A DNA stretch of 57,709 bases, filler included, from Dimargaris cristalligena (Eukaryota), in the NCBI GenBank assembly GCA_003614675.1. It is 3 parts of 3 records of this genome, joined end to end, with 100 filler letters (N's around TTAATTAATTAA, not from the genome) between each part and the next. Parts side by side here need not be neighbours in the genome. Positions count along the whole stretch, not along the records: positions 38,589 to 57,709 come from ML002738.1; 2 more parts are not named here. One strand, 5' to 3'. Under the pieces are notes generated by a model. It searched no databases, was not told where the DNA came from, and saw only the letters and a program-made list of their open reading frames with translations. This document shows positions 38,589 through 51,263 of this stretch, one piece after another; the first letter of the stretch is position 1, and each line of letters starts with the position of its first letter. Both the position numbers and the translations under genes were made by a program.

Positions 38589-39131
38589 CGCCCTCTGGTG
38601 ATGAGGACTGGCCATCCACAGTCCGGGGTTAAGTGCCGACCTCCGGATGGCACTACAAATGCCGCAGCGTATTTGAAAATAGCCGCATGAATAATTGGCG
38701 CTGTAGGTAGAACCATGGCATCATTAAAATTTACAAAAGCCCCTTACTGCCAATATTTAATTGAGCCGTAGTGACCATGGGTCATCAATCTGCGGGATCT
38801 CGAATACCAGCGGAGGACCTAACAAAAGTATACCCTATTATAATTATTGTCGGATTTCTAATCAGGTAAATATATGTCGTCCAAAAGGATCGGTTGATAT
38901 CCCCCACGTTCCTACAAAAAGATTAAATGTGTATCCTGTTAATCAGTCTATTCGTGGTTTCAATACATAGCTTTGCGCTCTCATTATTTATAACCATTCA
39001 AAGAATAGTATACACAATTTCAAAACTTTTATTGAACGTTTTTAATTACCATAAGTAAACAATAGACAAAATATAACAACCGAATGCAGCCATCAGTTCA
39101 GGTTTAAAAAAAAATAGAGGGGAGGGGAAGA

Positions 39132-41852
39132 TCACTGGATAGCTAAGCCCTTCTCCAGTTGAAAATCGAAAAAGGCCATGGAATTGCTAGTCCCCACCGA
39201 AACCATGGTTGGCGAATCCCACATGAAGGCGGATTTAAGCACCTTTTTATCAAGCATCCCAATGGACTGCGAAGGCCCCTGGGTGAGGCCCGCGTAGCGG
39301 ATATCCCATACATTAACGAACCCGTCATCGTGCCGCCCACAGACGACCAGGGTACCTTCCGGGTGAAACGAAGGGGTCACGTACTGGGAGAGGTTGTTCG
39401 ATTGGGGAAATCCAAACGTCAGCCCCGTGGACTCGCCGTTCGGCTGACGAAGATCGAGCAGTATTAATTGGTCATCCATGGTCGCCCGGGTGATTAGCAG
39501 CATGCTGGGGTGACGGGGGTGGGGCAATACATGGCTGACCCGGTCCGCCTTAAGTATGAGCTGGGCCTCGGTACGTTCGAGGGGTTGCATAAATACCCGG
39601 CCATCGGCACCCCCCGATAACCAGGATTCCCCGTATGGCAAATACGCCATGGCATTGATCTTGCCAGTGTGACCGGTAGTCCAAGTGAATTGACCATCGA
39701 AGGAACAGGCCGGAGTCGAAGAGCCCCGGCCTACTGGTTGGGGACGGCTGTAGTCCCAAAGGATCACTTTTTTAGACGCTGTGGCGGTGACGAACCTTAA
39801 TTTATCGGTGTCGCCAATCGCCGCAATAGCCGGGTACCCCAGCGACGCGCACTCCGTTTCCAACAGTGACTGAATATGGTAACCGACCCCACGTTGATCA
39901 ATATTGGTAATGTGGATGAAGGTGACCGAGGCCCCGGTGTCGCTACCGCGGTCCCCGCGGATCAAGGCCAATGTTTCGGGGCCCACCCAGATCATGTCTT
40001 CGGCAAAGGGCATGCGGAGCTTGGACGCCGGGATATTATCCAGTATACCATGGCTTTTGGGGTTCCAGAATTGGATGCCTCCGTCCAGGGTATTGGTCGT
40101 GATGAGGCCAGTGCCGTTTCCGCGGGTCCAGGGAATTTCATGTGTGAGAAGGGCCCGGGGCTTGCGCGGAAATGCCTTGATAGTCTGAATCGGGCCCCGA
40201 GGGATAAATCGAGCTAAGGATAACGTACCACCAGCTGCGACGGGGACTTTCACGGCCGATGACGTTGATTCCTGAACCGGAAGGTTGGGGATGGTTTGCA
40301 TAGTCCGTGTCATGGTTATTTCCAAATGCCCAGGTCCGCCGAACGCGGCATTATTGTTGATGAAATTCAATTGTTGACGGGTCTCCGTGGTTGGGTGATG
40401 AGGGCTGGATACCGGCATGTCCTCTTGAACAGGGGATGAGCTAGTAGCAATGGGTCGCCGATGAAATCTGTTGGGCTGGTGATTAGCACTGGCCGCAGGT
40501 GTGGCCTCTAAAATGCCGGGGGAGGGAGCGACCGGTGACGAGGGCAACTCAGGGATGTTCGTGGGGGGACGAGGTGTAATCGATGCCGAAGGCGGCTCGG
40601 GAACTGACATGGAGGGGTGGTGCTCCAAAAGACGCTTGGTAAGCTGGCGGATAGTTTCGTTGGTCGATTGCAATTTCCGAGAGAGGTAGTTGTGCTGTTT
40701 CCAGGCCTCCTGGAGCTGTATCAGGGTAAGTGTAATAATAGAGGGATGGCAATCGCAGTATTTATATATATATATATATATAAATTGAAAATAGTAAATG
40801 AAATGAATGAGTATCAAACAGTATAGGAACATGTACATGGCGGAAATTGGGAGCTAGGTGGCATGCAAGAAAGTATGGCCTAAAAAAACGCAAGAATATG
40901 AAGGAGAATATCATAAGGGCAATCCCGGTGATCAATAGGGCCTAGCATCGAGATTTGATTGGCCGTTGAAATGCAAGCGACGGCCTGATCAATTGGGCCT
41001 TTATTGTTCGCAAGGAATAGCTACAGACCTATGTGGGTATGCTGGATAAGACAGGTGAGGAATGGGTAGACTTACCTCAGCGTAGGATTTGGCCACATCA
41101 TATCCCGGTGACGGCGGAGTGGGAGATGACTCAGCAACGGAGACCCGGGCACTTGGATGGTTGTCCTTGGCATGGTGATGGCTCCTCCCTTTATTGGAGA
41201 TGGCAGGAGCAGAGGAACCTTCTGACCGCTGGCGTTTAATTGGAGCCGAATCGTGGGCGAGGGGCCTGCGGTGGGCGGATGGGCCCGGATGGCCGGGTCT
41301 ATTCGGCCGACCCTGGGTAGAAGATGTCCGCTGGCTAGAGGTGTGGGTTTGGTTGTCACGACGACGATCGCGGCCCGCGGTTCTATCGGTTGGGTGGGTG
41401 GTTTCTTGCCGGTCCCGACTCCGATAGGGGGGCGACGAGTCACGGGCTGGCCACCGGTCACCCATGGTGTTGGTGGGTATTTCGATAAGAGGGGTAGAGG
41501 ATCCAGACGAGTTCAATGGGACGCCAAGCTCCGAGTCCTGGTCGATAAAGGGATTCGCAGGGCTGGCCGGCACGGACGGTGTTTTTCCTGGGTTCGAGTA
41601 TTTGGGGCCCTTACTGGACTCGGTCGGTAGAGGCGGACAAGAGGCAGGGGCTCGGAAAGGCGGGGGACTTTCCCGGGACTGGGCTATACCTGGTGAAGGA
41701 GGAGTGGTTGGAATCTTTATCTGGAGTACGGAATTACGAAATAAAGCGCTGAAGGAGGGAGTTGACCGTGGTTCCTCCGCCTTGGAATGGTGGGAATCCG
41801 CAGCTGTGCCCTTCGATGCTGATTTACCAGGGACCGCTGGGAACCGACTCAT
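39132..41852 (-). CDS. WD40-repeat protein with disordered N-terminus and short coiled coil (exons 41852-41076, 40715-39132)
   Basis: WD repeats include LDGGIQFWN, KVILWD, GHTGKINAM..LSGGADGRV and DGFVNVWDIR. A phase-0 GTAAGT..CAG intron joins the two ORFs. Confidence 0.85.
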
Positions 41853-43190
41853 GCTCGTTTAACTTGGGAGTAATGCACCGCCCCAGCGTACGAGACAGTT
41901 TAACAAGGGAATGGGTGGTTTTCAAATAAGAACGGAAAAAGGTAGAAAAATGAAAATATACTATACCAACCAAAAAAAAGAGAGGGTTAGTCAAGCGGTA
42001 ATAGCAAACATACTAAATATAGCGAACGGCGCTATTGATTGGAAACGGTAAACACTGACGGGTCTTTCACTGTATAAAAGCCCACACAGGAGAGAAGAGG
42101 CGCTTTACGGGTAGTAGTGCTCTGATTTGTAGCGGCGTATTGCGTTGACGGGCGCAGTATACATCCTAAAGAAAGAACCCCACAATTGGGTAAGTTGGGC
42201 GCCACGAGTTCAGCAGCTACTTTCGAACTTCAGGGTCGAGAAAGATCCCTCGGATATGGGCAAGATCCCTACGGATGCATCCCATTCCAGCGAGTCCGAA
42301 TAGCCGCTAACGAGGGAGTGGATTGACGAGTCCACAATGCAACCGGGTTTGGTTGATATTTCTATTGCAAGCAGTGCGCCAACGGCATTCCCCCAGGGTG
42401 AATAACCTAACCCGCCGAATCTATTGTTCATATTTTCCCTTTAGCATCCGCTAGCATTATTATACTAGATAACAGATAGCCGTCTTCCCAATTACCAGTC
42501 CTAAAATGCAACAGCTCCCCGTGGTTCGGAAATAGTTGGTATCTTGGCACCACTACCATTTACATGTATTAACCATACCACTTAATCCTGGTGGTTATTT
42601 CGTTTATAACCGCCTTACTAGTAGTCCTATGAGTAAACCCGATTACCTCGTGTCCTACTTTCAGTCACCAAGCGTTTATTCTACTATCCTAGGTTCCATC
42701 CCTCCAGCAGGACTGCAGGTTCCGACAGGCCAGTTTTGCCCCCTATTAGTTTCAACTGTCACGTATTCTTTGTAATTTGATTAAATAATAGATTATAAAC
42801 ATAAATAAATAAAGCTCAAGCTGTTTCGTTAGATCATTATAGAGTACCCCTCATGGTTCACTGAAGTTGATGTGGTGTCTCTATTGGCATAAATATCAGA
42901 CGTTCCATGCAATGCGTAACACCGACTAATCATAATCAATCATTCAATTTATTTACTTGGATAGATGGTTGCAATGGATCTATGGGTTAAGCAAAGTGTT
43001 GGGCCGAAGAGCAGATACGGCCGGAAAAAATAGGTACTGTCGCAGACTACATCGCATGACTGCAAATGAATCCACCATTATTGTTAAATAATCCCGAAAT
43101 GCGCGTGCGCGTGTGTTTGTGTCGCCAGTCTATACAAGCGCTCATGGAGTTCCAGCCCTCAATTACCAAGTATGCACAATGCGTAGCTCA

Positions 43191-44388
43191 TCAGGTACTC
43201 TTGCCTCCGATCCACCGCTGCTGGGCTTCGTAGGTTAGTAGTGCGATACCGAACAATGGGGCCACGATGCAGCAACGCGGGAGTACGCCCTTGAATAAGG
43301 CCTGGGGACCTTCATTCCGGACGATATCCTGGAAGCAGTCTCGAACACCGTGGTACTTGGTGGACGTCTGCAGGCGCGTCTTGATCACATCCGCAGGCGT
43401 CACGGCACCCGCAGCGAAGAAGGCGGCCACCATGCCGGATAGGAATACTCCGTAAAATGGGGTCTGGCCGGTCAGGGGATCCGCGAGCTGGCTCTTTAGG
43501 ATGGCATGCGTGGGGAAAAAGACAACCGAGAAGGGAACATCACTAGGAGGACATTAAATATGGGGGGACGGCGGCATCATTGGAAGAAGATACATACGTG
43601 CACAAATATACGAGAGTGACGGACGTTAGTAAACTAAGTAGGCAATGGGGAATAGCGCGCCCAGATTGCCTTGAAAAACCAGGTAACGATGGGGTCAAGA
43701 AACCATATTTCAGGTCGGTAGAATCCCGGATAACTATGCAACCAATTAAACCGTAAATAGACACAGCTTGGTGGAGGCATTGCAAACTAAAAACTCGGCT
43801 CCCTTACCGTAATAGCGTGGCGGGAGTACCCCGGTACAATCCACGCAGTCCAAGTTGACGAACCAGGCCCATGGCCGTCGGTTTCGGCGCGCCCGGGGTC
43901 GTCCCGGCCACCTGCATATTAATTTTGACGATTTCCATGGGATTAGTGACAATGACCTGACACACCCCCGCGGTGGCCCCAGCTATCATGCCGTAACCGG
44001 GCCCCAGCTGGGATTCCGACTGACCGGGGGCCAAATAGCGACCGGCGAGCCATTCGCGGGTAAAGTCATTGACCGCCAACTTAATGGCCTTCTCAGGAGT
44101 AATACCGACTAAATTGGGGACCAACCCGCGGTATACCCCGCGCATGCCCTCGTGGCGTATTAATTGCCGGAAACAGTCAACGCCGTGCCGATAGGGTAAC
44201 ACCCCCTGGGCATTGGGTCGTTGATTTTGGAGGCGTGTCTTGACAATATCCAGCGGGTATATGATCAAGGTACCGGTGATCCCAGCGACCGCTCCGCCGA
44301 GCAACTTATGGACTAACTTGGTCAGTCCGGTGGGGGCTGTCGTCGGGACCAATGTTTCCGGGGAGGCGGTGGTGGTGGGTAAACTCAT
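43191..44388 (-). CDS. Mitochondrial carrier (SLC25), aspartate/glutamate or glutamate-carrier type without EF-hands (exons 44388-43808, 43542-43191)
   Basis: Three PX[DE]XX[KR] motifs (PLDIVKTRLQ, PMEIVKI, PADVIKTRLQ). GITPEKAIKLAVND and LLRDVPFS are typical of the AGC/GC subfamily. Confidence 0.92.
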
Positions 44389-45436
44389 GGTGGAAAAGGG
44401 ATGGTCTAGGTAAGGGGAAATGGAGACTCGGCTCGAATTGGGCGAGAGGAAGGGTGGGGAGAGACAGTTGAACAGTAGGAAGTAGTGAACAAGAGGCCCC
44501 CATGCAAAAAGAGGGAGGAAAAATATCGACCAAAAGACTTCAAAACTGGCTAGGTTACACACAGTGGCATATTGGTTGTATACAACGATTGTTGCATAAA
44601 CCCAGCCGAGCCTTCGTGCGCCTGCGGAGTGACAATCATGGTGCAAAAAATCCACGTAATCGAAACAAGCAAGCCCGGCTCTATATAAAACATCTAGGAA
44701 AAATGGTCCATTAATTGCAACTGCACCTGCCAATGCCAACCCTGTTTAATTTATCGGGCGGATGATCGCGCCCAACCAACCGGATACGATGGTCAGAACC
44801 GGACATTATTGGGTCATCCGAGTTGGATCATGTTCCTGTTTAGCTGTCGTCTGATCCCACCGGCATTCATCTTTGTTAAAAGAATGGTTCAGTTAAATGG
44901 AGTATGTCGATGATAGTAGAGTTAAAACAACACATGCCGGCCGAGTTACTCCAGTGGCAGAGAGCAAAGGGTTGTGGGTGGTTGGATAAATATATAAAAC
45001 TAAGCATGTTTAGGTAGTTTATTGGTAAAAATAAAACTAAGATAAAAAGGAGAGGGGTCCCATACAAGAAAGGGGCGGAAATAACAGGGCCGAAGGCGTG
45101 TCAATAAATTAAAGGAATGCGTTATACAGTGTGGTATTTGAAAGAGAGTAAAATGAAATAAAATCAAAAGATAATCACTGCCAAAACATCCGAAAAATGA
45201 TAATAGGAGCGGTCACAAGACAGACATGGATAATGGAGGTAGTTTTACGTTGCAAATGAGTGGAGAGGAATAGATTGTGAGGGTACTCTGGACCAAGAAT
45301 GGGGGGGGGGGGTGTTTAAATATAAGCCTTCAAAAAGAGGGTTACAAGAATAAAGGAATAATGAATGAGAAGCAAGTAAAGCCGGGGTAAAGAAATCGAC
45401 AATGGACGACGGGTAGGTCTGCAGATATCACTTCCG

Positions 45437-48400
45437 TTATTTAACCTCCTGGAGGTAATGGAGGAACCGTTTCTTGTGGATCACACCTTGGAAACGGCCT
45501 TGTTCGACTACGCAGAGGTAGCGCACCCCCAGTTTGCTGAAAAGTTCCGTCACCATTTCCACGGAGGCCCGCAGACTAACCGACAGGGGAGCTAGGTCGA
45601 CGTACACGGTGAAATCGGCGGTGGGCGGGGCCAACAGGTGGCCGCCACTACCACCACCAACCCCCCCTGCCCCTCCCTCTCCCCGCACATCCTCCATGGA
45701 ACTGTCAGCGGCCGAGTGGCCAAAGTAGCAGATGGTATCCGGTCCCAGGTGTTTGGTCTTTTCGAGGGCGTGGTCCAGCTCACTACAGGATATGTAGCCC
45801 ACCAACAAGTCCCCGTTCAGAATCGGGAAACCGCCGTCCGCGAACCCGCTGTAGATCATCGCCGACAATTTAGCTCTGAGGGTAGTCACCGTGTTTTCTT
45901 CATTGGCATCAATCACGTCCAGGTCGCTTTGCATGAGTTCGCCCGTGGATTTGGTATGGATATACTCCCGCTGGTTGTTCAGGAAGGGATGTCCCGCAAT
46001 ACGAATCATCTTCTCATATACGCCCTCGGGGGAGATGAAGTCACTGACCCACTTGGCCACCATCACCACCAGCATAATCGGCAATATGTAGGTGAGGCTA
46101 CCGGTCAGTTCGAACAGAATCACGATTAGGGACAGCGTCATCTTGGTCACGCCGCACAGTACAGCTGCGCCCCCCACCAGGGCGTAGGCCCCGGGGGTAA
46201 TGCAGGTGCCCGCTCCACCGCAGGCATCAAAAAAGGGGCTGGTTGGATAGAGTCGGTACAGATATTCCACCGACGTGCCCATCAGTCGGCCGAGGCAGGC
46301 CCCAATTACCAAGGACGGCACGAAAATACCATGGGGCACCCGGAGACCGAATGTGATGATGGTGAGGATCGCCTTGTTGAAGAATGCGAAGGCCAGGAGC
46401 TTCACAATGGTGGTGTAGCCCGACGTCTGGTGTACGCAGAGACCCGAGTAGGAATCGCCTTCTTTACACTCGGCGAAGAGGGTGGCCACCAGATCTGTGG
46501 AGTTCATGCGGGTGTAAATATTCGGGTAGCTGAGAACCAGGGTCAAGGTCACGTATACGAGCACCTCGGCAATCTGGTGGTCTTTGATCCAGCTCGTCCG
46601 GCGGTAGCGTACCCACAGGTAATTGAGTTTACAGAAGATACTGCCGTAGACTCCGCCAAACACCCCCAGAGCCAGGAAGAAGCCCAGCTCAAACCAATGC
46701 CATTCCCGGTCGTAGGTCACCTGGAACATGACGATCTTGTCGGTTCGGAAGGGATTGATGAATTTAAGGGTCATGGCGGCAATCAAGGCGCACATGTAGC
46801 TGCGCAACATCGTCTTATTGGGAAAGTAGTAGCTCACCTGCTCCAGGCTAAACAAGACGCCCCCTATGGGTGCCCCAAAAGCCATGGCGACACCTGCGGC
46901 TGCCGAGGCGGACAGAATCTCCCGACGCTTGCCTGGATGATTTGAGTGTAGGGATATTAACAGGGGTATACACATACATATAGTAGATTAGTCAACGATA
47001 TCAATTCGAACATTAAATACCATTGTTTCACGGGCGGCATGTATACGCCATCTATTTCAAGGACAGTAGACCCCCTCCCTAGGCGACCAGCAATGCCAAG
47101 CTCCGATATGTATTTGCATAATTACCGCTATCCACCTACCGTCATTTTTTTCGTACTTGTCAAAGATACGGCAGGCAATATTGCCGACGCAGCAGGCCAC
47201 GTGAACAAAAGGGCCCTCCTTCCCCGTAATAATGCCGGAAGCCACAGAGAATACCAGACCCACGGATTTGACCCAAAGGGTCTTGATCCCCAAAAACCCG
47301 CGAATCACGAATCCGCTTAGAATTACCTTCACCTCGGGGATACCGCTGCCCGCGGTATAGTAAGTGGTCTTAACCTGGCCCTTGCTACCACGGTGGCGGT
47401 TGGGGTTGAGGTAGACCAAGCCGGCGGAAACTAAAGCAAATGTAATACCGATTAAACAATAGGCGAGAAAATCCACCCATTGAGGGTCATGGATTTGTGT
47501 TGGAGTCCATAGTTCCGACCAAGACCGCCAATCCGGGCAGTCGATCGCCTCTATGGCCATGCGAATGAATCAATGGGGGGTTTGAATATATGGTTCAGAA
47601 TAGATCATGGTTAGTAGGTACGCATAGGTATAGGAGACGAGAGCGCGATCTGGGCTGGAGGAGAAGGATGCACCGATATCGGCAAGTAGACCTACCATTG
47701 ACCGATTTGCAGCAAAAAGTTTGACCCAGGGTGAAGTCTCGGGCACAGTAGCCTGTCTTCAGGTCGGATAGGTATTCCGAACAGACATCGATTAAAGCCG
47801 CCAAACACCCACAGACCACGCCTAGAAGGGATTAGGGAAATACGCAGTACAGAGAGGGATAAGTAGGTCGTCCTAAAATACGAGCACTGAACAGGATATT
47901 GGTGGCCCGCAAGTGTAAGGGAAGTAGAAGATCAAGGGTAAGGGTAAGTAATCCCGCCAAGTCGGGGAAACGATGCTTACCTATGATACACACCAACAGC
48001 CATGCCTGTATGGAATCCCACATATTAGCCAGAGAACCCCTTACCCCACGGAGGGCGCGTAGGGTCCTTAGGCGGATCTGTTCTTTGACGAATTCGTGGA
48101 TCCAGTCTAAGGGAATAACGAACCGATAGTAGAGTATAGTGAAGCAAGGGGGTGAGAATGCAGGTGTCGAGCCAAGGTAGATCAGCAGTCCATCCATCCC
48201 TTCTAATATGATTATGCCCTGGACGGAATGCAATGGTTAATATAAACACCACTTTCCGGTACCCAAAGCGCCGGGACAACCCAGTGGAAGAGTTCTCTCC
48301 GCCAACCCCGCTCTTACGAAGCGATACAGAGCTGGGCGAACTAGAGAAGACGGACCCTAAATCAATTATATTATATTATATTATATTATATATATAAAAA

Positions 48401-48798
48401 CGGGGCACCAGCGTACCTATCGTGGTGTAATCGTCAAACCAGAGACGCACACTCGTCCCCTCTTTGGTATGTTCGGAAACCGCGGCGTGGATAACCGGGC
48501 GGTGGACCCATTTGCTTCGTTTCCGCAGGTTCCCACGACCCACCTGCTTTATTTCGGCCATGAGGCCGGAATGCCAGGCCAGGCCCTTGTGTAGCGACGA
48601 CCGGGTGCGGAGGTAGGGGTCATCCGAGGTGCGGCGGTCGAAGAAGTCCTCGTTGGTGGTGGCATAGCGGCGGAATGTGGGCGACGAAAGGAGGGGTGAG
48701 TCCTCATTGAGACTCTGCGAAAAGCTGATGCTGCCGAGCAGTTGCTGGTCGGAAGTAGAGCGGCTCGCGGCCTTGGGTGGGCGACGACCGTAACTCAT
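45437..48798 (-). CDS. CLC chloride transporter with CBS domains, ClC-3/Gef1-like (exons 48798-48417, 48106-47981, 47821-47696, 47550-47140, 46932-45437)
   Basis: DDYTTIDW, GSGIPE, GKEGP, AFGAPIGGVLFSLE, GIFVP and C-terminal CBS elements (GGFPIL, LGVRYLCVV). Four in-phase GT-AG introns. Confidence 0.95.
48363..48396. repeat. (TTATA)n/(TA)n microsatellite in CLC intron 1
   Basis: Seen directly. Confidence 0.8.
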
Positions 48799-50430
48799 GG
48801 CCGGTTAGACAAGACCGTTGGACGGTAGAAGTGAGCGAGAGTAATAGGGGTGGAGGTAGAGGTAAAATACGGAGTAAGGTTATAATGGGCCACCAAGGAG
48901 GTTTTTTGGTAGGCAATTGTAGGAGATGTGCTAATGAACGAAAGAATAGGACGGCGGAGGCTATAGACACACCCGGAGGCTTCTGAGGGTCGGCAAAATA
49001 TGATAGGCGAGTGGACCACACACGGGACGGCTCCTCAATTGAAGAAAAACAGGGGGTTGGCAATATAATACAGCATAATATAGTCAGTCTGTCTGTGGAA
49101 GTTCTCTCACAAAGAATAGAAGGAAGATATACTGGAATTCCTCACATTCAGGCTAGATTAGCAAGCCCACTCCACACAGCAGCGTCTATCCGATGACAAG
49201 CCATGCTATTGGACCCGGTCCCGTTTTGCATTAAGCGGCGTCACGGGCGGTGGTGGGGGAAGTAAGCGGGCGCCGCGTTGGTCACGAATTCCCGGGTCTC
49301 AAATAAGCTACTATAGAAATATCGTGTTCACTAACTAACTGGGCGTCAATAAATCCAGAGACTGGGGGTGTAAGAGGCTTTTTAGCGGGTATAAGCTTTC
49401 CGACTATTCTATATAATGTCCCAGGCCATTACTGCCTTCTATCCACCCACTCTACTACCTAACAGGACGGGTCTAATCCCCCTCAAGTTCCCGAGGAATA
49501 GATAGCGGATAGTGCTACGCAGCGGTCTCCTGGTTATTTGTCAACCATTGTGAACGTTCCTGGCCACGATGGCTCGCCGATTGGCCAGCATTCATCAACC
49601 CTACGTAGCCAGTTTCGGCCATCCTTAACGCTCTGGTCCGGTGACTTATTCTCTCGCCCAAATCCACAATAGCTTCGGGATTTTACTATACTTATCGCGT
49701 GGATAATTCATCCCAGGGTTGGAGTTCCCATAGAAACGGGTGTCACGGCGATATTAATCCACCGCCCCTCCCCTCCAGCTGCCGAATACCGTACCTAGTG
49801 ATTCGGGCCATTATTCGTATAAACTGGTAAGCGGGCAAACAACTACGTCTAATCGACTCTACTTACTACCACTTGGCACTAAGCAGTCAAGGCAATTGTG
49901 GATAGCTGCCATATCACTGTACAGTATCTAAGATAATCAATGCAGCTAATGTACATCTATATTCGAGAGACATGCCTCGGAGTAAATATTAACCACGATT
50001 TACAACAGGTGTCATTGACGAACTAAGGGGCGGGATTAATGGTATTATGCAAAGGGGGAATGCAGTAGTGTTGGAAGATGAGCAATCTTATGGATGCTTT
50101 AACCGTTGACTGGTGCTCTGGCACAGTTGGCAGATTGTGTTCCCGGTGGGAATATTGGCTTTCTACGGCCTAATGATGTACTATATTCGATACTTTCAAC
50201 CACGCTCACTTGTTTTAGTGGGTCTTAGAAGGCATCCAAATATACATATTACTGGCTACAGTATCATGGATATAGTGGCTTGGGGTTTTCGTGCATTTCC
50301 CACATCTTCTTCCATTGGACCAAGTAGCCCTACAATGGCTAATTTTGGGGATGATTTAGCCACTAGCTAACCATAGTAAACTGGGGGAAATCAACATTGC
50401 TATTTTTCCCCGGCCTACTAGTCCACTCGG

Positions 50431-50578
50431 CAGAATATGGGTGAAATTCCAAACAGCTGTATAAGGTTTTACATAATACGTGTATGGGCGAATATATATG
50501 AGAATAGCTTTTAACCAGTAATGTTGGCTTCATCCAATGGATTTTTCATTATACAGCCTGAATGAACTTCTCCCATAT
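50431..50578. repeat. Diverged dispersed repeat, copy A
   Basis: Colinear with 56423-56558: CAGAATATGGGTGA..CTGTATAAG.TTTTACA..GTGTATGGG..CTTTT.ACCAGTAAT..AATGGATT..TTATACAGCCTG..TGAACTTCT.CCATAT. Confidence 0.85.
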
Positions 50579-51263
50579 GCAAATGCAAAATAAAAATCTG
50601 TGTGGGCTTGACTAAAACTGCCTCCTCATTTGACCCTCCCTACAATATTTTAAACAGTGCTAAAATTATAAAATGGGCGGGCGTATTGACTCGGGCTCGA
50701 CCCGGGCCACCGAAATATGCGGCAGCCGACATGACATAGAGACCATGTGGACAAAAACAAAAGATTCGGCAGGAAGTGTCGCGTCTATCCACAGCCTAGC
50801 ATTATTTACTGAAAAAAATCTCGAAAAAGTAGAATACATAAAATAGATCAAGGTAGAGCATACTTCCAGACACGGAAGGTTCTGATTTGGAATGAGTCCA
50901 CTTGCTATCAAGGGGTTAGTAATAACGTTAAACTACAGCTCGAGTGAAAATCGATAGATGGATATGGAATACACACACACAGAGAGAAAGCCTTATAAAG
51001 ACACAACAGCATAGTAATGGGGTCAGGCAGGCTAATATATAGTAATAAAAGGGGGTAGTCAAAATACAGAGAAAGGGTGGGAAGGACTGTTGCGGATCGG
51101 GTATTAAAGAAGAAGAATACCAACCATAAATTAAACGGGTCGGGGATAGGAATATAGTAACTTGTAGAGGAGGATATCGGTGATAACGCATCAGTCGAAT
51201 AGAGCGGGGGTACTCGTCGGGCGGTTGAATCGTCAAGCCATTGGCAATCATGCACATAACGGT

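Noticed and set aside
46832..46840. CAG|GTGAG donor-like site inside the CLC last exon
   Set aside because: The conserved SYYFP motif continues in frame, so no intron is needed.
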